A DNA stretch of 64,000 nt from Dimorphilus gyrociliatus (taxonomy: Eukaryota > Animalia > Annelida): contig CAJFCJ010000003.1 in the NCBI GenBank assembly GCA_904063045.1, positions 2,652,504 to 2,716,503 on the forward strand, in the 5' to 3' direction. The notes under the pieces are model-generated. The model worked only from the letters and a program-made list of their open reading frames with translations. It had not been told where the DNA came from and made no database searches. Shown here piece by piece: positions 42,639-56,002 of the stretch. A program made the position numbers and the translations under genes. Positions within the stretch are counted from its first letter, which is position 1. Every line of letters starts with the position of its first letter.

Positions 42639-45600
42639 CAAAGGGGAGGTTATAGCTTTGTTTTATGCAGCCTACTTAATATTCCATACAACAGAGACAA
42701 TATATACTGTATATTAATTCAATAAGAGGAAGAATTGTAAAGATTACATGTACTTTATTTTGTGTACAGATAATCATTTAATTGAATCTAATTGCACCTA
42801 AGTAGGCTAAAAATTATACTTTTAGTCTTCATCTAAATAACTTCCTACATGGTATGTGAAGAAAATTTGACTGTGCAGCAGCATAATTTTTTGGCTGTGA
42901 CGTCACACCAAAGTAGTTTCTTGCCTATTTTCAACATTTTGGAGAGCTATTAGCTTTATTTGCAAAGCTACAACAGTTTAAAAGTGCAAATTTTATTAGA
43001 TAAGGTTAATTTTATAGTGGAGAAAATGGCGGTAGAGTAGAAAGATTTAATTAAAAGCGTTTATAATAAAAAAGAGTGTAGCCTAAGGTATTCTTTGTTT
43101 TTGATAGTCTCTCCTGTTTATATTATGAAAACCTTTAAAATATTTATGAAAGTAATTAGAAATTATTGGAATATTGTTGATAGAAGATTAATTAATTTAT
43201 AATATAGTATTCATAGGATGAACTATATACAAAACGTGGCCTGGTAATTCATTATTAAATAAAGCAAAAGCCACTCACGAATTCCCACAAGCAGGAAGAC
43301 GCAAAATTACCAACTCAAACGCGACTGAAAAACTCTACAGTACATAGAAACGCTTTTAATTCTTCATTGCAATTAGCCAGAAATATTTCGGTTAAATTTC
43401 TAATTAGTCACGTTTCGTCATTTGTATTGATAAAAAACGGGTTCTGGTTCACCGCTAAAAAATGTTCTTTTCTAACTACATCCTGTTGTCAAGTTTGACC
43501 TTTTTTTCCTTATACAAGTTCTTCCTTTCTTAAGAGTACTTTTTCTATTCCCCTGTCTTTTTTGCCTCCTCTATTCTACGTATTTTCCTTTATACTACAT
43601 CTCTATAAAATTCTACTTAATGAACTCTTTATTTACAAATATTAAAACCAACAATTAATGGTATATCGTCTATTTACAGTATTGGAAGATTTATTCTAAA
43701 CTTACACTTTTTTACACTGCTTTGCATGTCTACTAAATAGGCCTATAGTATTTCCATAGGGAGTCGGCTATAAACCTAAATTTGTTCTCATGTAGATTTT
43801 AATGTGTTTGTCACGAAATCTCTTCATGAACATTTTACTGTATCTTTTTTCAAACAGATAAGTAAAACTTTCATATCTTTTTTAAAGGATAAGAAAATTA
43901 TAGAGTAAGATTTCTTTCATTGTGAATATATTTAATTTATATCCTTTGCAAAGTAAAGAGAAAGAGAAATAGAACATTATCTTTTAGCATTTCTATATCA
44001 AAGATATTTTGTAATTAATTTTTGCTGTAGATTACAAACAAACTAATATTTATATAAACATAAAGAAAGATTAGTTTCTTAAATTTAAAACCACCGTTTG
44101 TTATAGTTCATAAATAGTATTAGTTACATAACGTAATAGATTCCCCCCATCCCTTTCCCCCAATGGATTTTTTTCTCTATCAATCAAATAACAATTATTT
44201 CTATTCATATAACATTTTCTTTTACTTGGAAATTGATAAGAAGAAACCCTAATCATATTGAATGATATTAATTAATTTATAGTTATATATTTAAATGTAT
44301 TATATATGAAATTGAGGAAAAGATGTATAAAATAAAATATATTTTCCATCCAATGACGAAACACGGATGGATATTATATTTCTTTATATATTTTATTATA
44401 ATAGTAAACTACGCTTTGTTTATCTTTTCTCTTTGTAACGAATGATGCAATAGAAAGGTTTTTTTTCACTTACTTTTATTGAGAAACCTGAATTGGCCCT
44501 TAAATCCAGTATTGCTACCGTTATGCTTATCGCTATGAAACTCTAGAATAAGCGACCTCCCTGAAGAATAATGTGTCTTTTGTATCATTGTAAAATTTCC
44601 GCACATTTCGTATTGATACGTCGTCCTTTCGCTGATTTCTGGCCGAGGGAGGTCTACAAAAAATCGTAAAAAATCCGTACATCTGTTGGGGAAAAGAAAG
44701 AAAATTAGAGAAAGTGATCCCCCCTCCTTTGAAGTGCCTAATACATCTGTGGTTCTATTTGACTTGTCCTCTAAAATATTTCGTGATAAGATGAGAAAAG
44801 TACTACCTATTAAGAGAATAACTACTTCCTTTCACTTTTCGAAAGTGTGTTAAGACAAATTTGACGCTTGTACTCTAGTTTATACTGTCTTAACCTTGAT
44901 AAATTTTAAACGATGAATTTTGTAATTAAATTTTCCTCTCTTGCTATTAGACAAAAAAAAGGCAGGAGAAAATCCTAAGTATTATAACTTATTTAGATTA
45001 TCTTCATTCCTAAAAAAGATCAAATGGAAATTCTGTTAAAATATAAAATTTAAGGGAAACTTTCTTCTTCTCTTCGATTTTCTGTCAAAACCATTTATTT
45101 CTAAGAATAAATCATTTAACATTAAAAATTGACCTCCCCATCACCCTTTTACGTAATGCTCATCTTATTACTACTATTATCAAGTTTATTAATAAACTGT
45201 AAAGAGAATGATAGAAATAGATTTATTTATTTAAGAATAGCAATCCATTATTACATTAATAGATACTATTTTTTTGTATATATTGTATAAATGGATTTCC
45301 TTTCAGAAACAAGGAGTGCTCTTTAAGGAAGAGAGAAAGAAAAAGAGTGTCACTGTTTGTTGTATGTAAGAACTGAGAAAGAGAGTCAGACAGACAAACT
45401 ACGCAAACAACATGTTGCGTATGTGAACTGGGATAGGGGGGGGGGGGGAAAGGGAATGGTAGAGAAGCACAAGATAAAAAGTGTCACAAGACCCTACTTA
45501 AAATAAGTAACTATTAAAAGTTAGTGAGCTAATACGGGTAATCTTGAATGATTGTTTAGACCATTAAACATATTCTTTATCCTATTCTTTGTTTGTTGTT

Positions 45601-48407
45601 TTTGTTTGTTTAAATGAAACAAAAAAAAAAGAAGACTCAAGAGAGATTTCCTTCAGAACGGATGAGTGAACAAGTTCGATTTTTTGTGTCGTATCTAATA
45701 AAATTGAGGACATTGATAAAATTCTCCTAAATTTAGGAAGAAAGGAGAAAAATATTTTCTAAAGTGACAACAAGTTAAGAAGAGTTTTATAGAGGGAGAA
45801 GAGCATGTATGAGGAGAAAGGAGAAGAGTTTTCCCTTCCTTCCGTGCTGTTAAAATGATTAGATGTTCCGCCAACACTTAATCCGCTCAGAACTTTTGCC
45901 ACATTGGCGGCCAAATCGATTTTCGTTTTTTTTCTCTTTACCGTATATAATTACTGATTTTCCTATAGAAAGTCTCGTTTGCTTAAAGAGAAAAGATTAA
46001 AGAAAGTGAAAAACGAAGAGATTGCAATACAAAAAACAGAGTCGTTTAAAAGAAGGATTCTTGTCGTGATTGTTCTCTATTTTCAACCCTCATCTCATAT
46101 TAATTGGGCAAAGGGACAATTTAACCCGTTGACTAGCGATAGAATCTAGAAAACTATTAAACGAAACGTTTGATGTCAAAGCTTTTATCTTTTTAGATTT
46201 TTTTTTTATTCTTCAACTTAATAATATTCTTTCTGTTCATTTTCACTGTTCTTTCTAGGCACATAAATCTTTCACTTTCATTAAATGCGGAAATTTTTCT
46301 CGCAAGTACAAGAAAAGTATAGCACTAATTAAATATCAACTATATAGGTTTTGCTTTTGTATATTTGTCCTAGATATTTCCCTCCATCCAATTCACGCAG
46401 CAATTAAGTTAGCGAGTTTATTTAAAGGAAAGTGGGTTTTTTTTTCGGAAGACAAGTCCAATAGAAAGTAAAAAGTAAATAGAAGGGAGGGAGAGAGAGA
46501 GACAGACAGAAAGAGCGATCGAAAAAAGGAATAAAGTTTTTAAATAAATGTTACTTACTTGCTAGAACTAGGAATTTGTAAATCGAAATTGAGGAAAGTA
46601 ATTTCAACTATTTCGTCACGATTACTCCCAATAAACGTGTACAATATACACGATATATTACTCGGGTAAAAGGCTGGGTAGGATGGTGACGTAAAGGTTC
46701 CAACGTGCTTTTCCGAATTAGGTACACTTTCGAAGATAAGGCATTGGCATCCTTTAATTTTTCCATTAAAGATGAGAAGAGATGATAATGATGACGATGA
46801 CGATGATAGAAGAAGAAGAAGAAGAAGAAGAATAGAAAGAGAGAAAAATAAAATTAGTAATAATTCACAATTATAAACTATTTTTTCTTTTTTTTTTGTG
46901 TTTACTTATAAATTATCATAATCACTTTAGTTGTTTTATTTTGCCTTTCTGTTACAAATATAATAATAAAAAAGTACTAGTAGAAAGATAATTAAGTAAC
47001 ACTAACTTATTTTCTTTTCCTAAATATAATAAATAATTAAATATAACTTCTAATATTTAAATTGATTAAGAAAGTTATTTAATAATAATAAATCTAAATT
47101 TAGAAAGGAAAATAAAAAAAGTTATAAGATTCTCGATAAATGCTCTTAAAAACTCCCAAAGGCATAATAATGGTCTGGCAAATAAAAAGGCTAGTTGGTA
47201 GAACCTTCTCATTTTTTTTTCGTCTCTGCGAGCAGCATGGTATTTTCAATTCATCTTTCTTTTTTCTATTTATTATTATTACTATTTTCCTCTTTTTATA
47301 CTTTTGTTTTGTTTTTTTTTAAGAAAGAGTGAGAAAGAAGAAAAAATTATCTTTATATCTTCTCTCTTTCTCTCTCCTTTGCCTTTGTTTCAAACAAAGA
47401 CTAGACTTTCTGGTATATTAATTATGTGTATACTATTAATAAGAAGTTAAAGTTTAGTATTCAAAGTATTGTTACCATGTGCTTGAACTTTTTGTCACCT
47501 TTTTATCCTTATCAATTAATTAAAAAGTCCGTATTAATCAGTTATTCATAGTACTTTTCGGAGACTCTTCTCAGCAACATATAGTTTACAGATTGACCTT
47601 TAAAAATCCATCTATTAGACAAGGGCATATTAAGAAGGCGCTAATTACATTACGTAATGTGTTACAGTTGAATTCCAATTAAAATATTTAGCTTAATTAA
47701 TTGACATTTACTATGCTGAAGCTTAGCCCTACTTTGGCTTTATTAAAGGATTCACTGCGTCATGGTAACCGAAGCTTTTGGGATTAAGTTCTCGGCTAGT
47801 AATTTCAGTGAACATTTCAAATAGGAAGATGTGCTATTTTATCATTTTGTTTGTTTATTTTATCGATCGAACTACTTGTCTTTCTTAATTTTTCAATAAT
47901 AAATATATTAGTCGTCAGAATTTTTAAAGAGCTTCTTTCCAGAGAACTATACTCTATAAAGAAACCTTTTTGTACAGTATAATGTGTAATGTAAAGGAAT
48001 TCTGAGAAAATAGTCAATTTGTTAATTATCGTTACAGTGACCGGAAATACTTAATAGAATTTATCAAAAAAACTACTTTTAGAAATTGAATTGGTTACAA
48101 ATTAAAGAGAAAATTCTTAACAGAAATAATGAATGCGTTCAATGATCCGAATTATGTAAAAATTGTAATTAAACAGTTTTATAGTTTCAAGTTTAACATA
48201 TTTCCTCCAACTCTTTTTAGCCTTCACCTTCTCTAGACAGTTTATTATTCTCTCTATTTATAATCAAGTACTATTCCCTTATTCTAAATATTTTTTTCCA
48301 ACACTTATGCTTTTTCCTACCTAATTTCACTTTTCTAGCCTTTTTTTTATTACATTTAAATTGAAAACTATAATCGATTTGTCTCGAATAAAGAAAGAGA
48401 AAAAGGG

Positions 48408-48438
<31 letters not shown>

Positions 48439-51400
48439 GAAATTACAATTCAAAATATATCAAAAAACTGACCGAAAAGAGAAAATCGCCTTAAAAAGGA
48501 AAGAAAAAATTTCCTTTCAATACAGAAAAAATGAAAGAAAGTAATTATAATTATAATAATTTAAGAAAGAGAAAAATCACAAATCAATTCTTTCTTCATA
48601 GACTTCGATTATCAATCTTTTACACCCTTTCCTCTTAAACCTCTTTTATATCATCTCCTCTATTTCTTGGTTTTCTCTAACTGTCTGTCCAGTAGGGGAT
48701 AAACTTCTATATATAAATTTGTCTTGGTTTTATATATAGAATCAAATGGAATGTTACTATATTTAATTGTAGGTTGGAGTTAAAGGCCCATACGATTGGA
48801 ATGGAGAAAGAAAGCTGATTTGATGTAATAATTAAATCATTCTAGTTAAAATATTTCGAATAGAAAGTTCTATAATACTAATCTAGGACTGCATATTGAA
48901 ATATCTCTTGTTTGTAGACTTACAATTATCATTTAACGAAATTTCTGGGAAAAACAGGACGAGAGAGAGAGTGGGAGAGGAAGAGAGGCAGATGAGGAGA
49001 AAAAATAGGATAAAGTGACATTATTAGGGATAAGGAAAGTAATAAATGTGATATAAACATAACTAAACTAATTATTGGATATGTATCGTAGTCGTAGCTT
49101 AATTAAGAGAGAAATATGAATGAAAATTCTTTAGAAATTTTATAAAGCTGTGAATAAAGAATGTGTAGCGGTATGAGAAACAAGATTAAAATAATCAAGG
49201 CTAGAAACGCAATACACCGACGACAAACACAACTATAAGCCGCAAGGTATTCATAGCCTAATGAGCTTTACTGATTTACAGCTGTGAACGTGGCAGTTCG
49301 ACTTGACTGGCTATAGACGATTGATATTAAATTGGTAAAAATTAGAGTTAATGTTGAATAGAGGAAATAAATTGAGATGCTTAGAAAAGGTATATAGTGT
49401 CTATTTGCAGGAATCATTATGTCCAATTTATATATATTTTGTATATTCAAAGAATATGAATAGTACTTTGTATCACATACTAAATAAAATCTGTATATAC
49501 AGTCTATTTACAGAATATATAGTGTTATATATTAAATTAAATTCCCAAGACTAAAATATCTTCAACATCGTAGCACCCTATGGAAAATGGCTCTATTCCC
49601 TTTTCTCTCCTTTCTTTCTAGATAGTTTCTATTGTGGAAAAATTTTTTAAAAAGGGATCAGAGAAAAGAAAGAGGTGATAGAGGAATAGGGATGGAGAAG
49701 CTCGGGAACATTACGGTTAGAATTACTAGTCGCATCGTGTCTCGCCCGCAGAAATTTTCTTAATAGAATTTTGAACTCAGAGAAAGTCACGCTATGGGAT
49801 TTTTTTTCTTCCCATCTCTTCTCTCCTTATTTCTATGCGTAGTGGCTAAGATTTTAAAGCGTTTTTGCACTTACTAAGTGATATTAGTATAAATATGTAT
49901 AAATAGACTAGCATGCTTTATATACATTACGTTACATTCTTCTGCTTCTTTTAATGACTACTCTCCTCCAATCCCATCTATTTATTTTACTATTATCCAA
50001 TCATCCCTTTTTTATTTCTCCCTATATCTTTCTCTCTATTTTGTTTCTTTATTTATATTTTTACCCTCCCAAGCTATATACTGCGGTTGGCAATTCCTCT
50101 CAATTTTCGTCCCGACGACAATTAAGCCAAGTCGTCGAAACGCCAATTGACTGATGGCGTTTTCTTTTGATGGAGATTTTTTTTCTCAATTATCGAACAA
50201 AAATTTGACTTTTCATTTCTTGTTCTCATCAGAGAGACATCATTGTTTCTTTTTAAACTAGGTCAATAAAGTTAATCATATTTAATTCACAATTTTATGC
50301 TAAACTATTCATAACTGTTTTACTGTTTTAAATTGATTTAACTATACGGTATTTATATATTAATGTATATGAGTGATGCTTATTACCTATAATACTAAAG
50401 GTTGATTTATTAACTTTAATATTGATGCTTTAACGCCAAATGAACCTCCTCCCACATACTCTTACTAAGTCTGATTTCCCTTTGTAAAGAGTCGAATCAA
50501 GGCTTCGTTTGTATCGGTAAATTAGTAATTTTCAAGCTTCATCTCCCTTATCTTTCGTCTAATGATGTAGCCTCTCAGTTGTTTTTCCTCTATTTGCTGT
50601 CCCTTTAAACTATTTAAACTACTTATAATCTTTTAAATAAATAATAAATACAAATTTTTTAACATCCTAACCATCAAGTATTCACATTACAAATTATTAC
50701 AAAAGCCCATAGAATAGCAAAGAGAGAAGAGAAAAGAGATGCACGAAATATAGATGAAGAATTTCTAAGAAAACCCCCTAAAATATTTATAACAAGAAAT
50801 ACAAGACAAACAAATACAATGATCCATTCTTTATATTACTTTTTGTTAATTAGAATAAATTAAATGCTAGAATAGCTAGGTTTAATGATAAATTTATATT
50901 TCATCTATAGTTCTTCATATCATTTTAATCATCTCGCTCATTTTTTATCTATCTTTATTTTCTTATACAAGCTTATAATCTTTCCAAAAGAATGATTATT
51001 GCATGTTGGTACCCTCTATTCGATAGTTGATGGCATCTATCGAGATTAGCACGCGATCCTATTTGTACATAACCGGTAATTGCTCTCTTTAGTAAGAAAT
51101 TTTTATCTGACTAGGCCCAAACAAAACTCTTAACTCTCCTTAAATCAATTTATAAATAAGATAAAAATTCTTTTATTGTTAGTAATGTTATTATTGAAGT
51201 AGCAAAGGAATAAAATAAGAATAAGTTAGTGTTACGTAAAAATCTATCTTTCCTCTTTTCAATATTAGATATAGTAAATTGATGTAAGATTTGAATATGC
51301 ATGAAAAGAGCTATATATAAAAGAAAATTCAATATTTCCGTCTAATTTACCCAGATTTTTTTAACATGTCTCTTATTTATACTGATTATTTTTATTTACG

Positions 51401-52927
51401 ATTGTTTCAGTCCTTTCTTTGTTTCAATTTCTACTATACCTTGATCTAAAGCATAAGTACTTTGTCCAAAAATGTGACTAAGACAACTACTGTTCTCTCC
51501 TTTAATATTTTCCAATGGCAAAGAGTAGTTATTGTAAAGGAAAAAGGGATAAAAAAAGAGAAACATATAGAAGGAGATCATATAAAATCGATATACTCAG
51601 ATCCTTAAATATAAAGAGAAATAATGAAGAAAAACATATTCTTCCTTTCTCAAATAAAAAAAAACGCCTGTAATCTTTGAAATCACATGCTGAAATTTAT
51701 ATATCTGCGTACTTTGTATATATTGAATTGCGATAGAAAAAGCAAAGCGAAGGAGCTGAGCAACCGAAAGACGAACAGCAAGAGAAAGAGAGAAAGAAAG
51801 ATAGAGAGAAGGAGTGACAGAGAGAGGGAGAAAAAGACAAAGATTGACAAGTGTCTCTATTCGCTTTTTCTTTCTCTCCCCCACTCATTCTCTCTCTTCC
51901 CCTTTCTAGCCCTGGCTCTTTACAATTTTTTAAAAAGGTCACACAGTATCGATTTTCTCCTTATCCCAAAAGCAACCGCAACGGCCGATTCGATTAGCAT
52001 ATACATTAAGCGAAAAAAATTCATTATCTAGCTAGGCAAGTGAAAAGTATCAGGCGTTTCTTTTTATGGATATAAAGATGCTTACAAGTTCTTAAAAAAC
52101 ATTCTATTTCTCCTTATATTTGCTTAATTTTTACATATATATATATATATATATAAATAAAAAGAGAAATGCACTTTTCCCATTAAAATGAAGGAAACAT
52201 TAGATATTTTTTATTACTCTTATAAAATGTTTTAGATTTTATGGTTAATTTTAAAAGCGCCACCATTTGTCTTAGTTCATGATTATTTGTTATTTAAGAA
52301 GAATCTATACAATTATTCCAGATAATTAATTTATATTTTAAATAAATGAAAGAGAAAAAAAATAGAAAAACAAGTAAGAAGAAAGAGATAAAGGTCAAGT
52401 GTGTATAGAAAATCCTTTCTGACATAAAGTCCAAAGTCTCTACGGAGACGCTATAATAAAATATGTTATAGGGAAAATGAAACGAAAAAAATTCATAGTT
52501 TCTCACCCAATTTTTATTATTTAAGAGCGCAATATAATTTTTTTTTCGCCCTCCGCCAAATTCCCAAAACCTTTCTATTTATTACCAAAAATTGATTAAG
52601 TCTTTTATTTTTTTTCTATTTGAACGAGAGGTTGAATAAATGAAAATAAATAAATAATTATATGAGGATATATACTATATATAGCTTTTGTATGAAATAC
52701 ATATTTATTCAATATATGCTTGTATCTAGTTTAATAATGCAAATAAAGGGGGCGCTCTTTTAAAAAACCAATCATCTAATCCATTCTTATTCATGATTTT
52801 AAATAAGCAACATACTTTATGTAATTTATGTAAATAATAATTTATACTTACTCGGATCTACGGCGTCACTTACGTATAAAAGCAATGTTTTTAGCAGTAA
52901 TAGAATCCATTTTGATACGGACTTCAT
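25634..52927 (-). CDS. sol-1: SOL-1-like (suppressor of lurcher) four-CUB-domain protein, about 620 aa
   Basis: Eight exons with matching phases: 52852-52927 (signal peptide), 46559-46751, 44474-44682, 41968-42278, 40815-40947, 28690-28885, 27153-27787, 25634-25752. The N-terminus PRCQCLIF...FTSPSYPAFYPSNISCILYTFIG...EIVEITFLNFDL is characteristic of SOL-1 CUB1. The 27153 donor (AAG|GTCATT) is weak. Confidence 0.8.
27153..27787 (-). CDS. sol-1-like exon: CUB3 C-half + CUB4
   Basis: Matches ORF 27127-27738; FCG...GFKARYKF, FTSPNYPGDYP...CQYVF, LCG...SDGPYFRVIFKS...GFEASYQF. Confidence 0.92.
28690..28885 (-). CDS. sol-1-like exon: CUB3 N-half
   Basis: SDCVKTF...GTFTSPRYPEEY...CKYEFIGNPEERVQVIF; ACAG acceptor, GA|GTAAGT donor. 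Confidence 0.9.
31312..31393 (-). CDS. Alternative internal signal-peptide exon for a CUB3-CUB4 isoform or gene
   Basis: MLLSLAILISVLSPSLTSKGKYSENDS + G|GTAAGA, phase 1, in frame with the 28885 acceptor; a TAG lies 16 codons upstream with no earlier in-frame ATG. Confidence 0.6.
32620..32701. repeat. Compound (GA)n/(GACA)n microsatellite
   Basis: GAGAGA runs flank (GACA)n at ~32638-32662. Confidence 0.9.
33537..33581. repeat. (TA)n microsatellite
   Basis: Pure TA run; similar runs at ~25243-25271, 37887-37918 and 63753-63788. Confidence 0.95.
35236..35423 (-). promoter_or_regulatory. Possible internal promoter and non-coding exon
   Basis: GATCACGTGATC E-box at ~35414-35425 and a consensus donor AAG|GTAAGT at 35235. 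Confidence 0.3.
40815..40947 (-). CDS. sol-1-like exon: CUB2 C-part
   Basis: AACAG|ISSPGRLLVVVFKSDQGHQLKGFSARYQF...TDDF; donor C|GTACGT (the same donor word is used in GPI intron 1). Confidence 0.85.
41968..42278 (-). CDS. sol-1-like exon: CUB2 N-part
   Basis: SECDYKF...GKFFSPKYPQNYPPNSLCKYIF...DCYSSPDAIII; phase 1 in, phase 0 out (GAG|GTAAGA). Confidence 0.9.
44474..44682 (-). CDS. sol-1-like exon: CUB1 C-half
   Basis: CAACAG|A; CTDFLRFFVDLPRP...EMCG...SGRSLILEFHSD...GFKGQFRF; donor A|GTAAGT. Confidence 0.9.
46559..46751 (-). CDS. sol-1-like exon: CUB1 N-half
   Basis: TAAAG|GA TGC...; CQCLIFESVPNSEKHVGTFTSPSYPAFYPSNISCILYTFIG...; donor AA|GTAAGT. Confidence 0.9.
52852..52927 (-). CDS. sol-1-like coding exon 1: signal peptide
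   Basis: MKSVSKWILLLLKTLLLYVSDAVDP + A|GTAAGT; an acceptor AAAATAG sits immediately before the ATG, implying an upstream non-coding exon. Confidence 0.8.
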
Positions 52928-55220
52928 CTATTTTGATAAAATAAATAATGAAAATATTAGCAATAATGAAAAAGTATTAACACTGTTCATGGTATATAAT
53001 TACAAGAACAATAGTTGGAAAAGAGAATAATGCAGAAGAGAAGAAAAATTTGAGGAAAGAGTATAGAAAACGAAGGAAAGAAGAAAAAAAAATTAGGAAA
53101 AATGGAATGTTTATTTTCAAGAATCCAAAAAGAAATCGAATCAGACGCGAGCAGGTGGCGTATTCGATAAATTCTACATGTAATTTGGGAAAATGGGAGA
53201 TTTTTTAGAGGCGCCTATCCTATAGTATATACAGTATGTATAACGTAATCAAATCAGCATAAAGAACGTCTCCAGCACGGACAATCGAACCGGAAATATA
53301 ATCATTAGGTTTGTCAGCAATATGTCCACACTCGTTTCTAATACTTTAAGCAAAGTAAGAGTAAATAGACGAATTTCTTGTGTTTCCTATTCTAGCAAGG
53401 AATAACACTGATTACAACAAACGTGCAGAATTTAAGAAAGATAATAAATTCTCTCTTTGTTATGAGAATGAAGTAATACATATACAGTATATATATATAT
53501 ACCAATAAAGAAAGAGATTGTGATATTATATCTCTCTGAAAGATTGTAAATGACAAACAAAAAATATGATTTATTGTAATAATCCTTTTCTATTTGATAA
53601 ATGAAAAAAAAATATCCATCCCTGCTAATCATTTCTCTGCCGTATTACAAATATATTTCTTATTTTCCTTAGTCTTAAATTTTTACAAATTTCCATTTGA
53701 AATGAAAATAATAATCAATTCTTATACAATACAATTATATTTGACCATGTTATAAAGTGGATAAATAGCAAAGGAATAGGTTTAGGCCTAAAGAAAGGGG
53801 ATCGAGCGTTTGAAAATCCATACGCCTATAGGGCGTAGGATTTAGTAGCAGAGCCGATTTTCATCTACTATTAATTGTTTTTAGGCTTTTGGAAAGTAAC
53901 TTTTCTTTACAATAATAACAAAATTATAAATAATAAAAGAGTATAATATTTTGTATTCCTGTACGAAATTTTATACTTAATAATTATAATAATTATTTCC
54001 CTACTTGGATTATTTTTAAACAAAAGTTCTCATTCGTCTTTCTACTTTTAATAAGGGAGGAAGAGTGGGAGTGATAATGGTTAAGGGGGACGAAAGAGGA
54101 AAATTTTCATAGTTCAGCATTTCCCCTCCACCTTCCTTCTCCTTTGTTACGTGGGAGGAAAATTCAGAAAGGATTATTTCTAGTGTTATTAGATACTGTA
54201 ACACTTCCGTTTAATTAATTCGCTAAGAAAAGATATAAATTAGATAAATAAAAAATAAAAGGATGTATATGAAGATGGAAGAGAAACGGATGTAAGGTAA
54301 AATAGTAAAAAGGTTTCTTTTTTATCTCTAATACTTATTTTATACTTTTATAAAGTTTTACTTATTTTTTAAATAGGGCTAATAAAGATGCTATTTTTGT
54401 CTTACAAACTTCGTCAATATGTCGGATATAGAGGTAATTTTCCTTTCTCATTTAGACTAATATAGGATTTATATCTAGATCTTTTTGCTGTTTCTTACTT
54501 TTCTCTAATTATGGTAACATTCCAGTATAAATAAATCTAAATAATTTCTACTCAGAGTATAATTACATTTTTACTTTATAGACGAAACAGTTAGGTTAGA
54601 CAATTGATGGACCTCTAGGAATTGTATTAATTAAGAAGAAACTTTCGTTTTAGATGCCTCAAGTTTTCCTTCATAATTTCTAGATTTATATTCATTTTTT
54701 CATAGTTTTTTTTCATGTTAGGATCTATCTGACTTGTTTTACTTATATAGAATATATACTAATATATATTGCCAATAGAGAAATAAAGAAACCACGAACA
54801 GTTAAAATGGTAAATCTTTCATTTTTGTGTAAGTCTTGCGATTTTTTTCTACCTATTTAAACCTATAAGCATTACTTGGAAAGTAGATATCATATGTAAG
54901 TGAGCTGATATATATAAGAGAAAGAGAGAGGGAGAGAATAAAAAGAGATAGAGAATAGCTAAAAAATCTGAAGAAACTGGATTTTCTTCTACTTTACTGT
55001 TAAATGGAAGAATTTGTAGTTGATAAGTGGTAGAGCTTTCATTACCAATCATGAGAAGAAACTCTTAAACACAATCCGATTACGGAAGAGAGATGCCCTT
55101 CGCGAAAGCGTCTAATTGCAAAAAGCCCTACAAGATAAACCCTATAGGCCTACAAATGAAGAAGTGCGATGAAGAATATGCGAGCAGTAAAAAGTGAAAG
55201 AAGCGACAAATTCCACTCAC

Positions 55221-55392
55221 CTCAGGAAACTTAAAAGTATAAAATTACTGCTAAACATTGCTAAGTTGATGGAATATATCCTCTGGACGCATAGTAACAT
55301 GACTTTCTTTCGACTCTGGCGTTACGATGCGATTGATGCGCCCTCTATCATCACCACTCTCAACACCCCTCCCCCATAAAATGTCACGTGAC
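55221..55392 (-). promoter_or_regulatory. Probable sol-1-like promoter and non-coding first exon
   Basis: Palindromic GTCACGTGAC E-box at 55383-55392, a GC-rich leader, and a strong donor GAG|GTGAGT at 55220; the coding exon at 52927 needs an upstream donor. Confidence 0.45.
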
Positions 55393-55956
55393 CAAATCAA
55401 TTTAGGCCGTTGGAAGAACACCGAGGAAAAAAGACTCTACGGGGTCGGACTAATGTGGTCAGATGTGTTCGGTGCCAGATGCAGACTGACAGTACTGGCT
55501 CTTGAGAACCGGACGCCCTTATGCGCTATCCATCACATTTTAGGCCTATTCTAGCCCTTTTTTTTTCATACTTATACCTCACGCCATGTAGTCATATTCA
55601 TTAAATGTCTTAGTAGTAAATTTTTACGTAGGATCATTTGATTTTCTATAAATTAGTATATATATATATATATAAAAAGATAGAAGAGGTATAATGTATG
55701 TTATAGTCGCATTCACATCCTATATACACTGTATATATATTTATAGAAGTAAGTATAGAAAGTAGTACGTAGTTTAAATTAGCGCTTGGATCTTGTTTCT
55801 CTAAATTTTGTATCATTTATCTATCATACTGTTCAATACAAAATATTAGTGTTTTTTCTATAATACATATGCTGAAACTATGCATTTATAAAAGCTTGTT
55901 TGTAGTTTGTAATGTTTGTAGCGCAACGCCTTTAAAATATTCAACAACTCGCGTTG

Positions 55957-56002
55957 ACGGTTCGCTTACAGATTAGTTGCGACTAATCTGTAAGCGAACC
56001 GT
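55957..56002. repeat. Perfect 21-bp inverted repeat with 4-nt loop
   Basis: ACGGTTCGCTTACAGATTAGT-TGCG-ACTAATCTGTAAGCGAACCGT. Confidence 0.95.

Noticed and set aside
43279-43324. Candidate cassette exon (TTTTCAG...GTGAGT) between the CUB1 and CUB2 exons
   Set aside because: It is 46 nt long and would shift the frame; the flanking exons already join in phase, and nothing else supports a poison exon.
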